Below the pieces are notes generated by a model, which ran no database searches, was not told where the DNA came from, and saw only the letters and a list, made by a program, of their open reading frames with translations. Both the position numbers and the translations under genes were made by a program. This document shows, in pieces, positions 29,075 through 40,059 of a stretch of 64,000 bases of DNA. Within the stretch, counting starts at the first letter, position 1. Every line of letters starts with the position of its first letter. This stretch comes from Terriglobia bacterium (GTDB lineage Bacteria > Acidobacteriota > Terriglobia > 20CM-2-55-15). The stretch spans positions 928,001 through 992,000 of the forward strand of contig CBDAOY010000009.1 of the NCBI GenBank assembly GCA_965198225.1, written 5' to 3'.

Positions 29075-30493
29075 TCAGGCCTGGCTCGAAACGCTGGACG
29101 GTGCCGTCAGCGAAAGCTCACCCGTACTGTCGCCGAAGGTCTCGATGTCGTCCATGCCGAGCATGCGCATCATGCTCAGCATCGCGTTGGCCATCGGCGT
29201 GTCGTCTTCGGCCTTCACGTGAAGATTGCCTTCGAGATGGCCGTTGGCATGGCCGAGCAGGAAGAGCGGGCACCGCCGATGGTTGTGGATGTTGGCGTCC
29301 GACATCGGGGATCCCCAGACGATCATCGTCTTGTCCAGCAGAGAAGCGTCCCCTTCCATCGAGTTCTTCATCTTGTCCAGGAAGTACGGAAGCTGGCCGA
29401 TGCGGTAAGTGCAGATCTTATTGAAGTCCATGATCCGCTCGTGGTTGTTGCCGTGGTGCGATGCCGGGTGGAACGGCCTTTCCGATCCGCTCTCAGGGAA
29501 TACGCGGTTCTGGGCATCGCGACCCGTCTTGAAGGAGATCACACGGGTCATATCCGTTTCCAGCGCGAGCACCTGGAGGTCGAACATCAGTGCCATGTGT
29601 TCGGAGAAGGAGTCGGGCACGCCGGCCGGCGCTTCGGGTAGCGCGCGCTGTTCGCCGCCGCTGTTGTGCGCTTCAATCATCCCTATGCGGCGTTCGATCT
29701 CGCGAACGTTTTCGAGATACCGGTCCATTCGGAGCCGGTCGGCGGGTCCGAGGTCGTTCCGCACATCGGCGAGATCGCCCAGAATCCAATCGAGGATGCT
29801 CTTGCGCGCCTCCCTCCGCTCGGCCCGGTCTTCGGGTGTCTTGCCCGCACCGAACAGCATGTCGAATGCGACCCGCGGGTCGCGGATCATCGGAAGCGGC
29901 TCGCTGGGCGACGACCAGCTGATCGAGTCCGTGTACGCGCAGGAGTAGTTGTACGTACAGCCGCCCGCCTGGTCGAGACTCTCGATGCAGAACTGCATCG
30001 ACGGCAGCGGTGTGGCCTGCCCGAAGCGCTGAGCATAGAGCTGATCCATCGACGTTCCCACCCATAAATCAGAGCCCTGGGTCTGTTTGGGATGGGATTG
30101 GGTCAGGAACACCGCGCTCGAGCGGAAGTGGTCCCCCCCGATCTCCGGCGGTGAGAGTGCCTCAGCGTTGCGGGCATCGGTGTTGCTGATGATGGTCAGG
30201 TATTCCTGGTAGTCCTTCAGCGAGATCAGCGCGTTGTCCGGGAGGAGTTCGAAATCCTTCCCGGTTGTGGTCGGTTCGAACAGGTGCTGGCTTGCCCCCC
30301 ATACCTTGTTACAGCCGGGAAGCCCGTGTACCTCCTCGATGCAGACCAGACGCGTCTGGTCGACCGCGGCGGCCGCCGTCGCACCTCCGCGTCCGGCCGG
30401 TACCATCGCCTCCATGAACGGCAGCGCCACAGTGGCGCCGACGCCCCGGAGAAAGGTCCGGCGGGGTATGTATTTTCCAGTGATGTAGGACAT
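29075..30493 (-). CDS. DUF1552 domain protein (Tat substrate)
   Basis: RRTFLRGVGATVALPFMEAM twin-arginine signal; YSCAYTDSISW; SILD. Confidence 0.9.
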   Translation of the reverse strand: MSYITGKYIPRRTFLRGVGATVALPFMEAMVPAGRGGATAAAAVDQTRLVCIEEVHGLPGCNKVWGASQHLFEPTTTGKDFELLPDNALISLKDYQEYLTIISNTDARNAEALSPPEIGGDHFRSSAVFLTQSHPKQTQGSDLWVGTSMDQLYAQRFGQATPLPSMQFCIESLDQAGGCTYNYSCAYTDSISWSSPSEPLPMIRDPRVAFDMLFGAGKTPEDRAERREARKSILDWILGDLADVRNDLGPADRLRMDRYLENVREIERRIGMIEAHNSGGEQRALPEAPAGVPDSFSEHMALMFDLQVLALETDMTRVISFKTGRDAQNRVFPESGSERPFHPASHHGNNHERIMDFNKICTYRIGQLPYFLDKMKNSMEGDASLLDKTMIVWGSPMSDANIHNHRRCPLFLLGHANGHLEGNLHVKAEDDTPMANAMLSMMRMLGMDDIETFGDSTGELSLTAPSSVSSQA

Positions 30494-30524
30494 GGCTTGA
30501 GTCTCCTCGACTGTAGGGTAATGG

Positions 30525-32972
30525 TTATTGCCGGTTGATGGCTGCCGCGTCCTCGGTATCGACCGGCTCCATCCGCTTCATCTGGAATGCGTCGCTCTTC
30601 ACTACTCCCAGGATGAACGACGACATGTGGTACTCGTTGGCTTCAGCCTCTCGGGTGATCACGCGGATCGCCGGTTGATCGAAATACTCGACCGGCCGAC
30701 CCAGCGCGTACGCCATAAGATTTTCGGTAAACGTCCGTACTAGCGGCATCGGGCGCTTCAGGAGTGCATCGACGAGCTCCCCCGGACTCGACACCGGGGT
30801 CCCGTCGTAGAAATCGCCCCGGGTATCTATTGCGGCTCCGTTCTCCCGGAGGCGCCACTTCGCCGTGACGTCGAAATTGTCCAGCGCCAGACCGATTGGG
30901 TCCATCATGCTGTGGCAGGCGTTGCAGGCCGGGTTCTCTCTGTGTTTCTCCATCCGCTCGCGCGTCGACAGCAGCTTGCCGTCCTCCGACCCCTTGGTCT
31001 CGTCCAGGGTCGGGACGTTCGCCGGTGGAGGCGGCGGGGGAGTCCCCATCAGAACTTCCATGACCCACTTTCCGCGCAACACCGGGGAAGTGCGGTTTGC
31101 CAGCGACGTGAGCACGAGGATACTGCCGTGGCCCAGAACGCCCTGGCGGTTGCCGTCGGGATAATGGACCCGCCGGAACTGGCTTCCCGCGACATTCGGG
31201 AATCCGTAGTGGCGCGCGAGGCGTTCGTCGGCAAACGTGTAGTCGGCCGTGTACAGCTCGAGCAGGCTCCGGTCTTCGCGAACGAGGTAGTTGAAGAACG
31301 TCTCCGTCTCGCGCTGCATCGCATCGGCCATGTTCTCGTCGAAATTGGGGAAGAAGTTCGGGTCGGGACGGACCTTGTACAGGTCCTGGAGCCGGAACCA
31401 CTGGGCGGCGAACCGGTTGCCCAGTGCCTCGGCGCGCGGGTCGGCCAGCATCCTGCGCGCCTGACCTTGCAGTTCTCCTGGAGCCGACAGCCGTCCCTGG
31501 TCTGCGAGCGCCTGAAGTTCCTCGTCGGGGGTGGTTCCCCAGAGGAAAAACGACAGTCGCGACGCCAGGTCCAGGTCGCTGACAGGGTACACCTGCCCGG
31601 GTTGGACGTCGGCAGGCTCCCGCTCCAGCCGCAGAACGAAGTGCGGGCTCGCCAGGATCGCTTCGAGAGCTCCGCGTATCCCGAGCTCGAATCCGCCGTT
31701 TTCGGCGCCCGCGTCGTAGAACTGCATCAGGCCGTCGAGGTCGCCGGGTGTCAACGACCGCCGGTAGGCTTCGCTGGCTAACCGGGAAACGATGTCTCTC
31801 GCGCAGGGCCGTTCTTCGGAGGACCCGGTCGGTCGGCACGTGAAGATCTTCTCGCGGCTCGGCGTTTCCGACAGTCCCGTGATGTTGTCCGGGCCGTTGA
31901 CGATCAGGTCCCTCAAGTGGGGCAGCGTCGTGATTCCTGCGCCGCCGGAACCACCGCCGGCGTAAGACCAGTCGTGCGGGCGAATCAGATCTTCGTAGGG
32001 TCCCTCTGAGCTGCGGACGAACGCCGCCGACACACGATGCTGGCCGGCCCGAACCTGGATCGGCGGCGTCTGCACCGGAACGCGCCCGCGACCGTCGGCG
32101 CCTGCGCCTCCCCCGTTCGGGTCGTAGAGTATCAGAGCGACTCTTTCGCCGTCGATCGAGACGTCGACGTCATCGACCGAGGTGCCTCTGCCGGAACTGA
32201 ATGTCAACTCGAAGGTGTACTCGCCGTCGGCAGGGAAGACATGGTCGACGACCATTCCGCCACGGGTTCCGTAGGGAGCACCCTCGACGTGGTTCCAGGG
32301 ATGTTGCGAGACGTATTGCGAGTTCGTGTATGTCTCATCGATGTAAGGTGCGTACCGGTCACCGACAGCCATCCGACTGATCGCAGCTGCCGCGTTGAGG
32401 TACGCCTCCAGCAGCAAAGGCGACAACAATTGTGCATCCGCCATGTTGTCGAAGTTAGCGAGCATCTGGTCGAGCGGCAGCCAGTTTCCGGCGTCCACTT
32501 CCAACGCGAGGAGGTCCCGGACCGCCTGCTCGTACTCGGGACGGTTCAGCCGTTGGAAGCTTCGGCCACCGGGATTCGGATTCGCTGCCGCAACTTCGTC
32601 AATTCCCGATTCCAACGAGGCCGCAAGCGCCTGCAGCGTGGCCTCATCGGGGCGCGGCGCGCCGGTCGGCGGCATCATGCCGGCTCTCAGCTTGCGGATC
32701 ATCCTCTCGGCCAGTTCGGCGCTTTCCTCGACGTGCGTCAGGTCCAAACCGGACATGCTCATGCCGCCCGACATCTCGACGTCGTCGTGACAATAGCCAC
32801 AATACTGATCAATGACCGCCTGCTGGGCGTCTGGCGATAGCGTTGGGGCGGTTTGCGAGCGGGTCATCGGAACCGCGCTGTCTGTCGTCTGCTGCCCGGC
32901 AAGACTGATTCCCGCCACGACGATCAGACACACTGCTACGGCAGCCAGCGTCACGGTTCTGCGTTTTATCAT
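30525..32972 (-). CDS. DUF1592/DUF1588-type protein, paralog 2
   Basis: CGYCH and CNACH motifs; highly similar over its whole length to 23175..25613. Confidence 0.9.
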   Translation of the reverse strand: MIKRRTVTLAAVAVCLIVVAGISLAGQQTTDSAVPMTRSQTAPTLSPDAQQAVIDQYCGYCHDDVEMSGGMSMSGLDLTHVEESAELAERMIRKLRAGMMPPTGAPRPDEATLQALAASLESGIDEVAAANPNPGGRSFQRLNRPEYEQAVRDLLALEVDAGNWLPLDQMLANFDNMADAQLLSPLLLEAYLNAAAAISRMAVGDRYAPYIDETYTNSQYVSQHPWNHVEGAPYGTRGGMVVDHVFPADGEYTFELTFSSGRGTSVDDVDVSIDGERVALILYDPNGGGAGADGRGRVPVQTPPIQVRAGQHRVSAAFVRSSEGPYEDLIRPHDWSYAGGGSGGAGITTLPHLRDLIVNGPDNITGLSETPSREKIFTCRPTGSSEERPCARDIVSRLASEAYRRSLTPGDLDGLMQFYDAGAENGGFELGIRGALEAILASPHFVLRLEREPADVQPGQVYPVSDLDLASRLSFFLWGTTPDEELQALADQGRLSAPGELQGQARRMLADPRAEALGNRFAAQWFRLQDLYKVRPDPNFFPNFDENMADAMQRETETFFNYLVREDRSLLELYTADYTFADERLARHYGFPNVAGSQFRRVHYPDGNRQGVLGHGSILVLTSLANRTSPVLRGKWVMEVLMGTPPPPPPANVPTLDETKGSEDGKLLSTRERMEKHRENPACNACHSMMDPIGLALDNFDVTAKWRLRENGAAIDTRGDFYDGTPVSSPGELVDALLKRPMPLVRTFTENLMAYALGRPVEYFDQPAIRVITREAEANEYHMSSFILGVVKSDAFQMKRMEPVDTEDAAAINRQ

Positions 32973-33520
32973 TATTAGATCGGCTTCCCTCAAATTCAGG
33001 GGTTCTTACAAGATTGTATACAGAGCTCGGGATTCTCTGCGTTTCTATCACTTTACGGCAGGTTGAGCAAGCAGAATTCGCACTTTATGCCTGGCAAGCC
33101 CTGGTGCAAAAGTGGCCACCATCCCGTTGACTGAATTATCAGGCTGAGTCCTTACGGAATCAAACCTTCAAGCTGCTGATCCGTACTCCGTTAGCCCGTC
33201 GCAAGCCCTAACCCCGACAACCCTGAAATGCGAGCCAGCCGGCGTCGGTCGCGAAGAAGTCGCGAAGAAGTCGCGAAGAAAATATTATGGCTGTTGAACG
33301 TCGAGAAAAGTGGCTGCAGTTTCCCGGTCGGATCCGGGTGATCGAGCCGGGTGGTCATCACGCAACGCCGCGTGTGGGCGGAGCGGTTTGCAGTAGATCC
33401 GGAGTTGGAGACGCTCGGCACGGACGACTGGACCACCCCGGCTCCAAGGCTGGTGATTCCTTGAAGTCCTAATTCGCCGGATCTATACTCCCCGCAACTC
33501 CAGCGGCGAGGTATGTTTCG

Positions 33521-34219
33521 ATGAAAGCTCTGGTTCGAGTTTCATTCGTCCTGCTCCTGACGAGTACGCTCGTCTGGGCCGGAGATTTTTGGGAGGACAA
33601 ACAGTTTACCGAGTGGACCGAGAAAGACGTCGAAAAGATGATGACAAACTCACCGTGGGCCAAGCAAGTGAACGTAGCGCTGTCCATAGGAGGGCGGGGC
33701 GGGCGCGGTGGTGGGGCGCCCGGCCGAGTTGGGAGCCGTGGCGCTGGCGGAGATCGCCCCGGACGGGGTGGTGGCGGTGGCATGGCCCGCCGACCCGCCG
33801 TCAGGCTGACCATTTCATGGCGCAGCGCGCTACCCGTCAAACAGGCCCTGGTCAAGGCGCGAATGGGTGATTCCACCCAGATGCCGGCCGGGGCACAGCA
33901 GTACCTCGATCAACAGGACGAGTTCTACATCTTAGCCGTCGCCGGTTTTCCGGCTCAGATGGGTGGCCGGTTGGTGCGCAATCGTGAAGCTGCGCTCGCC
34001 GCAACGATCCTCAAGCGAAAGAGCGGTTCGATATCGCCCGAGAACGTTCGCGCCTTTGAACGGGGCGACGCCGTGGACCTGCTCTTCTTCTTCCCCAGAA
34101 GTGCCGACATCACTCTGGAAGACAAGGACGTGGAGTTGGTCGCGGAACTCGGCCCGATGGAGATCAAGAAAAAGTTCAAGCTCGAGGACATGGTTCTGAA
34201 CGGCAAGCTCGAACTTTGA
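33521..34219 (+). CDS. Secreted hypothetical protein with a Gly/Arg-rich insert
   Basis: Signal peptide, FWEDKQFTEWTEKDVEKMMTNSPWA, C-terminal KFKLEDMVLNGKLEL. Confidence 0.8.
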   Translation: MKALVRVSFVLLLTSTLVWAGDFWEDKQFTEWTEKDVEKMMTNSPWAKQVNVALSIGGRGGRGGGAPGRVGSRGAGGDRPGRGGGGGMARRPAVRLTISWRSALPVKQALVKARMGDSTQMPAGAQQYLDQQDEFYILAVAGFPAQMGGRLVRNREAALAATILKRKSGSISPENVRAFERGDAVDLLFFFPRSADITLEDKDVELVAELGPMEIKKKFKLEDMVLNGKLEL

Positions 34220-34390
34220 TTGGTCTACCGCCTTCGAAGAAAAGAACCGACCACCAGGCAACCACCAAGGAATAGCAGGGAGGTATCCAGCGACAACTTG
34301 GATTCCTCGATCCGCGACCAGGTCGTTTCACGTCCTGCTCCATCAATTTCGTCTCTAACAAATCGCGACTGACGATGGTATCTAGGAGCA

Positions 34391-34690
34391 GTGAACTTCC
34401 AAGAACTCCGCCAGTTCAAACGCATCAACGTGATTGGTACATCCGGAAGCGGCAAGACCACCTTCGCCCGAGAGGTCGCAAGCCTTCTCGAGCTTCCATA
34501 CCACGAGATGGATCGACTGTTCTGGAAAGCACACTGGCAAGAGTCATCCGACGAGGAACTGTTTGAGAAGGTTCGAGCAGTCACTTCCGGGCAGAAGTGG
34601 CTGTTGGATGGCAATGGAGCAGCTACATCACGAGCGGGCTCGACCGAACCCCTCACGAGTGTCAGGAACGAGCGAGGGCCGTCCATGTGA
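34391..34690 (+). pseudogene. Truncated adenylate-kinase-like (topology modulation type) P-loop protein
   Basis: RINVIGTSGSGKTT, MDRLFW, WLLDGN; family-like sequence stops at about 34615. Confidence 0.7.
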
Positions 34691-34738
34691 AGCTGGACGA
34701 GCTGGAAGGGAAGGCTGGGAATAGACAAAGCCGGAAGT

Positions 34739-34981
34739 CTAGAAGACTTGGCTTTCGAGGAACGCCCGTCCCTTACCTGTGAGCTGAAACACCCCGCCGT
34801 CATCGTCGAAGGTGACGAACTCGTCCGCAACGAGCCCCTCCATGAGTTCCGAGAACGCCTGATGCCCAGCTTGATAAAAGACCTTGCTGTGGGTGTGGAG
34901 ATCCCGCATGGGGATCGAACCGCCCTTCTTCGCTATGAACCTCAACAAGCCATCTCGGGCTGCCTGGATGTCCGTGCCCAT
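34739..34981 (-). CDS. Small hypothetical protein, possibly winged-helix
   Basis: 80-aa ORF with a GGAGG ribosome-binding site and C-terminal FQLTGKGRAFL. Confidence 0.65.
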   Translation of the reverse strand: MGTDIQAARDGLLRFIAKKGGSIPMRDLHTHSKVFYQAGHQAFSELMEGLVADEFVTFDDDGGVFQLTGKGRAFLESQVF

Positions 34982-35099
34982 TGTGTACCCTCCGTCTGAC
35001 CCGTTGCGCGGCTCAGCAGATCAGTGCGAATTATGTCATCGTCCGACGCGTCCGGTGCGACAAATGCGAAATTTGGGGGAGTGAAAGGTACCTACAGCA

Positions 35100-35122
35100 G
35101 AAAAGCCCCACGAGGGCCTTTC
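35100..35122 (-). terminator. Probable terminator downstream of tRNA-Lys
   Basis: Short GC hairpin followed by TTTT on the minus strand. Confidence 0.55.
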
Positions 35123-35142
35123 TATCTCATTGATCTATTCAA

Positions 35143-35215
<73 letters not shown>

Positions 35216-35368
35216 CAGCCAATAATAACAAAGGTGTGGGTGCTGGAAAAGAGGAGCGCAAAGCTGTGTTTCGCTCCCGGGCGAGTTCCTGTCGAATGGG
35301 ATGCGCATTCGGTGATGGCAAGAGACGCGACTCTCTCGCCGAATTTCAGGTGCACGGTGGTCACGACG

Positions 35369-35405
35369 AAACTGATTGTGCGGTCATAGACCGCACAATC
35401 AGTTT
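35369..35405. repeat. Perfect 17-bp-arm hairpin built on the family A REP core
   Basis: AAACTGATTGTGCGGTC-ATA-GACCGCACAATCAGTTT, just downstream of the DUF1028 gene; may act as a terminator. Confidence 0.75.
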
Positions 35406-35420
35406 TGAACTGTGTGCCGA

Positions 35421-36233
35421 CTAACGCCGCGACCGCATGGCCTCGTCATAGCGCATGCGTAGCGTCTCTACGGGGTTGGCGTTCTCGGTGGGTTTGATGT
35501 CTTCGTCGGTCGCGCTGATGTAGAGAGAGTAGTCGCCGTCGTTGAACGATTCACCGTTGGTATCGTCCTTTTCGGCGACGAGAATGTAGGCCACGTGAGA
35601 TGTCTTGCCGTCGCACGGCGCGTCGGGTTGAGGTTCGCTCTCGCACGTGCATCGGCCATCGCCGCCCTGAGCGTCGGCGGCTTCCATAGCGGCCATCACA
35701 CGATCGGCGAGCCGGGCTTCGGTTTCGCGGAAAGCGCGTGCGGCCTCATGCACCACGTTGTCGTTGGCGAGGATGTTTCCCTGGACCGAGAAATAAATGT
35801 CGGTTCCTTTGACACGTCCCTGGATCGAGAGCGATGACGGCCGGTTGCCCGTACCGGAGAACCCGGTGCTTCGTCCCTGCATGTCGAGGATGCCGAATTG
35901 ACGACGCTCGATGTCGGAATCCTTTTTGAGCATCCGCAGAATCTCTTCGGGGTGTGTCCCTTTCTGCAGTTCGCGAAAGACGAGCAACTGGTTTTCGCGG
36001 GTCGTGTCGACGCCGGCCTGGCACGCCGCGACGGCGATGCCCGGAACCACGACGGCCTGGATGTCCATCAGCCCCTCAGCGGGGAATCCCGCAAACCGGC
36101 CCTGCGCCACGCACGTCGCCGACGCGATCGACACCTGTCCGGTTGCCTGATCGACCGCGATGACTGACCACGTCGCGAACGCTGCAGTCTGGGATAGAAG
36201 TATGAAGTTCAGTGCGTAGACGAGATGTTTCAT
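35421..36233 (-). CDS. DUF1028 (Ntn-hydrolase-like) protein
   Basis: Signal peptide followed by TWSVIAVD, VQGNILA, GGDGRC. Confidence 0.85.
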   Translation of the reverse strand: MKHLVYALNFILLSQTAAFATWSVIAVDQATGQVSIASATCVAQGRFAGFPAEGLMDIQAVVVPGIAVAACQAGVDTTRENQLLVFRELQKGTHPEEILRMLKKDSDIERRQFGILDMQGRSTGFSGTGNRPSSLSIQGRVKGTDIYFSVQGNILANDNVVHEAARAFRETEARLADRVMAAMEAADAQGGDGRCTCESEPQPDAPCDGKTSHVAYILVAEKDDTNGESFNDGDYSLYISATDEDIKPTENANPVETLRMRYDEAMRSRR

Positions 36234-36269
36234 CGCGAACCGTCGCGCTTCTAAGTCGAAGTGAAGCTG

Positions 36270-36518
36270 CTATTCTTCGCTTTCTTCGTCGGTGCTCTCT
36301 TCTTCTTCAGGCATGAACGGGGCCCACTCTTCCGGAACGGCCTGAGGGCCCGGACGCATTCCTGCAAGGTCCGGATCCTCGCCGTCGGTCAAGCGCGGGC
36401 CTGCGGCAGCCTTGCGCTCCTTCGCCTCGAGCCGCTTCGCCGTCTTTTCGCGAGCTCGCTCCATCCGCGCTTTTTCTTTCAGCCGTTTTTGAAACGTCGG
36501 CCTGGATTGTCTTGCCAT
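36270..36518 (-). CDS. Small basic/acidic hypothetical protein
   Basis: TFQKRLKEKARMER...EDPDLAGMRPGPQ with an AGGA ribosome-binding site. Confidence 0.75.
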   Translation of the reverse strand: MARQSRPTFQKRLKEKARMERAREKTAKRLEAKERKAAAGPRLTDGEDPDLAGMRPGPQAVPEEWAPFMPEEEESTDEESEE

Positions 36519-36937
36519 ACTGTTTGTTCCTGTTTCCTGCGAGATTGCCGGGAGCCCGAAACCGCCGCCACAGTTCCAACTCTACCCCGGGTCGTCCGCC
36601 TGCTTGCGATGATTCGCTACCGCCCGGCTGGCATTTTCCCTCTGGAGCGAGTCAGGAACGGGCATCGACGGGTGAGGTAGCTTGGGAAACCGACGATCTC
36701 CTCCAAGTTCTCTAAATGTATAGTTCCAAAACCCCTACTGTCAACCGGTCGGCTTCCGTACCAGCGGTTTATGACTGGTTTGCGTCCGCACGGCATGAAC
36801 CTGGATAATTTGAATGTACTTGCGCTAGCTATATAGGTCACACCCGCTGGCGCCGAAGCTCTTGAACAGGCTCTCGTGAGGTACCGCGCGTTGACCGACT
36901 TGAGTGCCTATCGGAGCGAAGAGGCGAAGACGTAACC

Positions 36938-39008
36938 ATGGCTGATGGGAAAAGCACTGCGAGTATTTCGCGACGTCTGTTCGTCCTCTCGATGGCGGTC
37001 GTGCGCTGGGCGGCACCCGTGGCGCCGCCGTCTCGACGCTCGGACTGGCGGCAGGAATGGATTGCGGAGATCTACTTCCGTTGGAAACATCTCAGGGAAA
37101 CCGACCGACTGAGCCTGCGCGAAAGCTTGGACCTGGTCGGCCGTTCTCTAGGAGCGATACCGCACGCGTTCTGGATGTGGAGAGAGGAGTGGAGCGTGGA
37201 CATGTTGATACAGGACCTGCGGTACGCGACGCGAACCTACCTGACGAAACCGGTGTTCGCGATCCTCGCGGTGACGACGCTCGCCGTAGGAATTGGTGCG
37301 AACACCGTGATGTTCAGTCTTCGGCGGAGACCCGGAGGTGGTGGGTCGTACTCTGAACTTCGACGGGGCCGCGCGCAGGGTTATCGGAATCACACCGCGC
37401 GGCTTCGATTACCCGATAGGAGCCGAACTATGGATGCCTCTATCCTTCAGTTTTGACCCGTCTGCTGTTCGCGGCGCACACTACCTCGTTGTGATCGGTC
37501 GTCTTGAAGATGGTGTCGTGCCCGAACAGGCGCAGAGCGAGCTGGACACGATCACGACCCGCCTGGCTGCCGCCTTTCCGGAGACCAACTTGAACTGGGG
37601 CGCCGCACTCTATCCGATCCACGGGGAGATCGTCGATGATTCCCGAACGCCGTTGCTCGTGTTGTGTCCTGGCAGTCGCGCCGGATGGTATCCCGCGGCT
37701 GGGCGACACTCGTATCGATGCGGGAGTGCTGGCCTTCACGCTGGCCGTGTCACTCGCCACGGGTATCGTCGTCGGCCTGATTCCAGCGTTGCGCGCGGCT
37801 CGAAGCGATTTGAGCGAATCGCTGAAAGCTGGCCGTTCCGCCGCAGCAGGATCGGGTCCCGTGAACTTCCGCGGCGCCCTTGTCGTCGCGGAGGTCGCGA
37901 TTGCCCTTGTTGTCGTCGTCTGTTCGGGCCTGTTGACTCAGAGCCTGTGGCGCATGATGGCTGTCGACCGGGGTTTCGACTCTGACGGGGCTGCCCTCCG
38001 GCTGAGCCTGCCGACTTCGCGCTATTCCGATCCCGGCCAGAGAGCGGACTTTTACGACGGTCTGGTCGAACGTGTCTCGCGGTTACCAGGGGTCGAATCG
38101 GTCGGGGCCGCGAACCAGCTGCCGATGACAGGGATGTTCAACATCTCTTATGAAGTTGCCGGACGGGGGCTACCGGGTTCGTTCATCCGGACTATTTCGA
38201 GGCGATGGGAATCCAGATCCTCCGCGGACGCCGTTTCACGAATCGGGACCGGGGGAGTTCCCCAGACGTCGTGATTATCAATGAGGCGCTCGCTCGCGCG
38301 GCACTGCCTGGTGAAGATCCGCTCGGCATGTCCCTCGACATCGGTTACGCGCGTACCACGGACTCCCGGCCGCGCGAGATCGTCGGCATCGTCGAAGACG
38401 TGCGCGAGGCCGGTCTGGATCGGCCTGCCCCACCAGCCTACTACGTGCCCTACCGTCAGGATCCTTTCAGTAGCATGTTCATCGTCGCGCACACCTCTGT
38501 CGACCCGAGCACGCTGGTGGGTTCCCTTCGCCGCGAGGTTCGGGAGATGGACGTCGAGTTGGCGGTCCTCGATGCCGGACCGCTCGGCGATCTGGTTTCG
38601 GCATCGCTGGCCGGTCGCCGGTTCACGGTGAACTTCATGGGTGCCTTTGCGGCCGCCGCGTTGTTGCTTGCCGTGCTTGGAATCTACGGTGTGATGTCCT
38701 ACGCGGTGAACCAGCGACGCTCGGAAATCGGAGTGCGCATCGCGATGGGCGCAACCCGCCGCGACGTTCTTGGATTGGTGCTCCGAAACGGAATGCTTCT
38801 GGCGGTCATAGGCGTCGTTACGGGTCTGCTGGCGTCAGCGGCGATCACGCGCTACCTGGCCTCGATGCTGTTCGAGATAGAGGCGACCGATCCAGCTACA
38901 TTCGCGGGCGTGGCACTTATCCTGGTGGGGGTTGCCACGCTCGGCACTCTCGTCCCGGCCTATCGCGCGACTCTGGTCGATCCTCTCGAGGCGCTGCGTT
39001 CGGAGTAG
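36938..39008 (+). pseudogene. Decayed ADOP-type ABC permease with several internal deletions/frameshifts
   Basis: Permease segments are spread over ORFs 36938..37456, 37338..37985, 37636..38274 and 38205..39008; it is about 600 bp shorter than the intact paralog at 5819..8518. Confidence 0.85.
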
Positions 39009-39035
39009 GGGAGAGACGGTCGTTCCAGAGTCGGG

Positions 39036-39105
39036 TGTAGGTGCGCTGTATGAGCGCACAAGACGTCGCGCCCCGAGAAACGTGCGGTCATAGACCGCAC
39101 CTACA
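39036..39105. repeat. GTAG-type REP doublet (REPIN-like), family A
   Basis: TGTAGGTGCGCTGTATGAGCGCACA ... GTGCGGTCATAGACCGCACCTACA. Confidence 0.8.
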
Positions 39106-39131
39106 CTCCTCTCTTCTGCTATCCTCCGAAC

Positions 39132-39653
39132 ATGGCTACACGCAGCTTCGCCGGGAGATTCAAGGGCGCCTTCCTACTGGATGCGTCCGTCTACGAAGAT
39201 GTCGAAGCCGATCCGTCCGCACTCAGCCAGGCCATGGCAACCGTGGTACTTTCCAGCGTCGCGGCGGGCGTCGGAATGGGGCTGCGGGACGGAATCCGCG
39301 GCCTTGTAGCGGCTACAGTTGCCGCGTTGATTGGCTGGTTCTTCTGGGCCTGGCTGACCTACTTCATCGGGACCCGCTTGCTTCCGACCCCCCAGACGTC
39401 CGCGACCTGGGGTGAGCTGCTGCGGACGACCGGCTTTTCGGCCGCGCCGGGAACTCTTCGGATCTTTTCGATGGCACCTGGCTTCGGCGTTCTCCTCAAC
39501 TTTGTTGCCGCTGTGTGGATGCTTGTGGCGTTCGTCGTCGCGGTGAAGCAGGCGCTGGACTACGAAAGCACCTGGCGGGCCGTTTTCGTCTGCCTGACCG
39601 GTTGGTTTGTCTCCGTTGTTCTATCCATCTTTCTCATCCGCTTCGCGTTTTAG
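39132..39653 (+). CDS. YIP1-family membrane protein
   Basis: YEDVEAD, LLRTTGFSAAPG, AVKQALDY; about 5 transmembrane segments. Confidence 0.8.
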   Translation: MATRSFAGRFKGAFLLDASVYEDVEADPSALSQAMATVVLSSVAAGVGMGLRDGIRGLVAATVAALIGWFFWAWLTYFIGTRLLPTPQTSATWGELLRTTGFSAAPGTLRIFSMAPGFGVLLNFVAAVWMLVAFVVAVKQALDYESTWRAVFVCLTGWFVSVVLSIFLIRFAF

Positions 39654-39742
39654 CATCTTTTTCCCCTCGCACCCTAAAGATTTACCTACAGCCGCCGATA
39701 AAGTCACTAGACAGCCTGGAATCTGGCTTGGGGGGGAACGCG

Positions 39743-40059
39743 ATGTACTCGGAGATGTTTGGAGATTTCAAGAAGTTGCTGAAACTGGGTGTCCTGGGCT
39801 CCCAGATCGAAGTCCCCGAAAAAAACACGCTGCTGCGCGGCTTCCAGTACGCTTCCAGTACGCTTCCCCGGAAACGATCTCCTACGGGCGCTTCTGTTGG
39901 AACGGCACCTGTAAGAACTGTACCGTAACGGTTCAGCACGGAGATCAGAAGACCAGAGGCCAGGCATGCCTGACCGATGCGTGCGACGGCATGCAGGTGG
40001 TCAGTATGTCCAGAGAACTCGTTAGCCGACTGAAGACCATCGTGTCTTCTGCGGCATAA
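39743..40059 (+). pseudogene. 2Fe-2S cluster-binding protein, frameshifted by an 11-bp tandem duplication
   Basis: MYSEMFG...LLRGFQY continues as ...RFCWNGTCKNC...QAC in another frame; GCTTCCAGTAC is repeated at 39840-39850 and 39851-39861. Confidence 0.82.

Noticed and set aside
33092-33108. Possible sigma54 promoter TGGCAAGCCCTGGTGCA
   Set aside because: The GG-to-GC spacing is 11 rather than the required 10.
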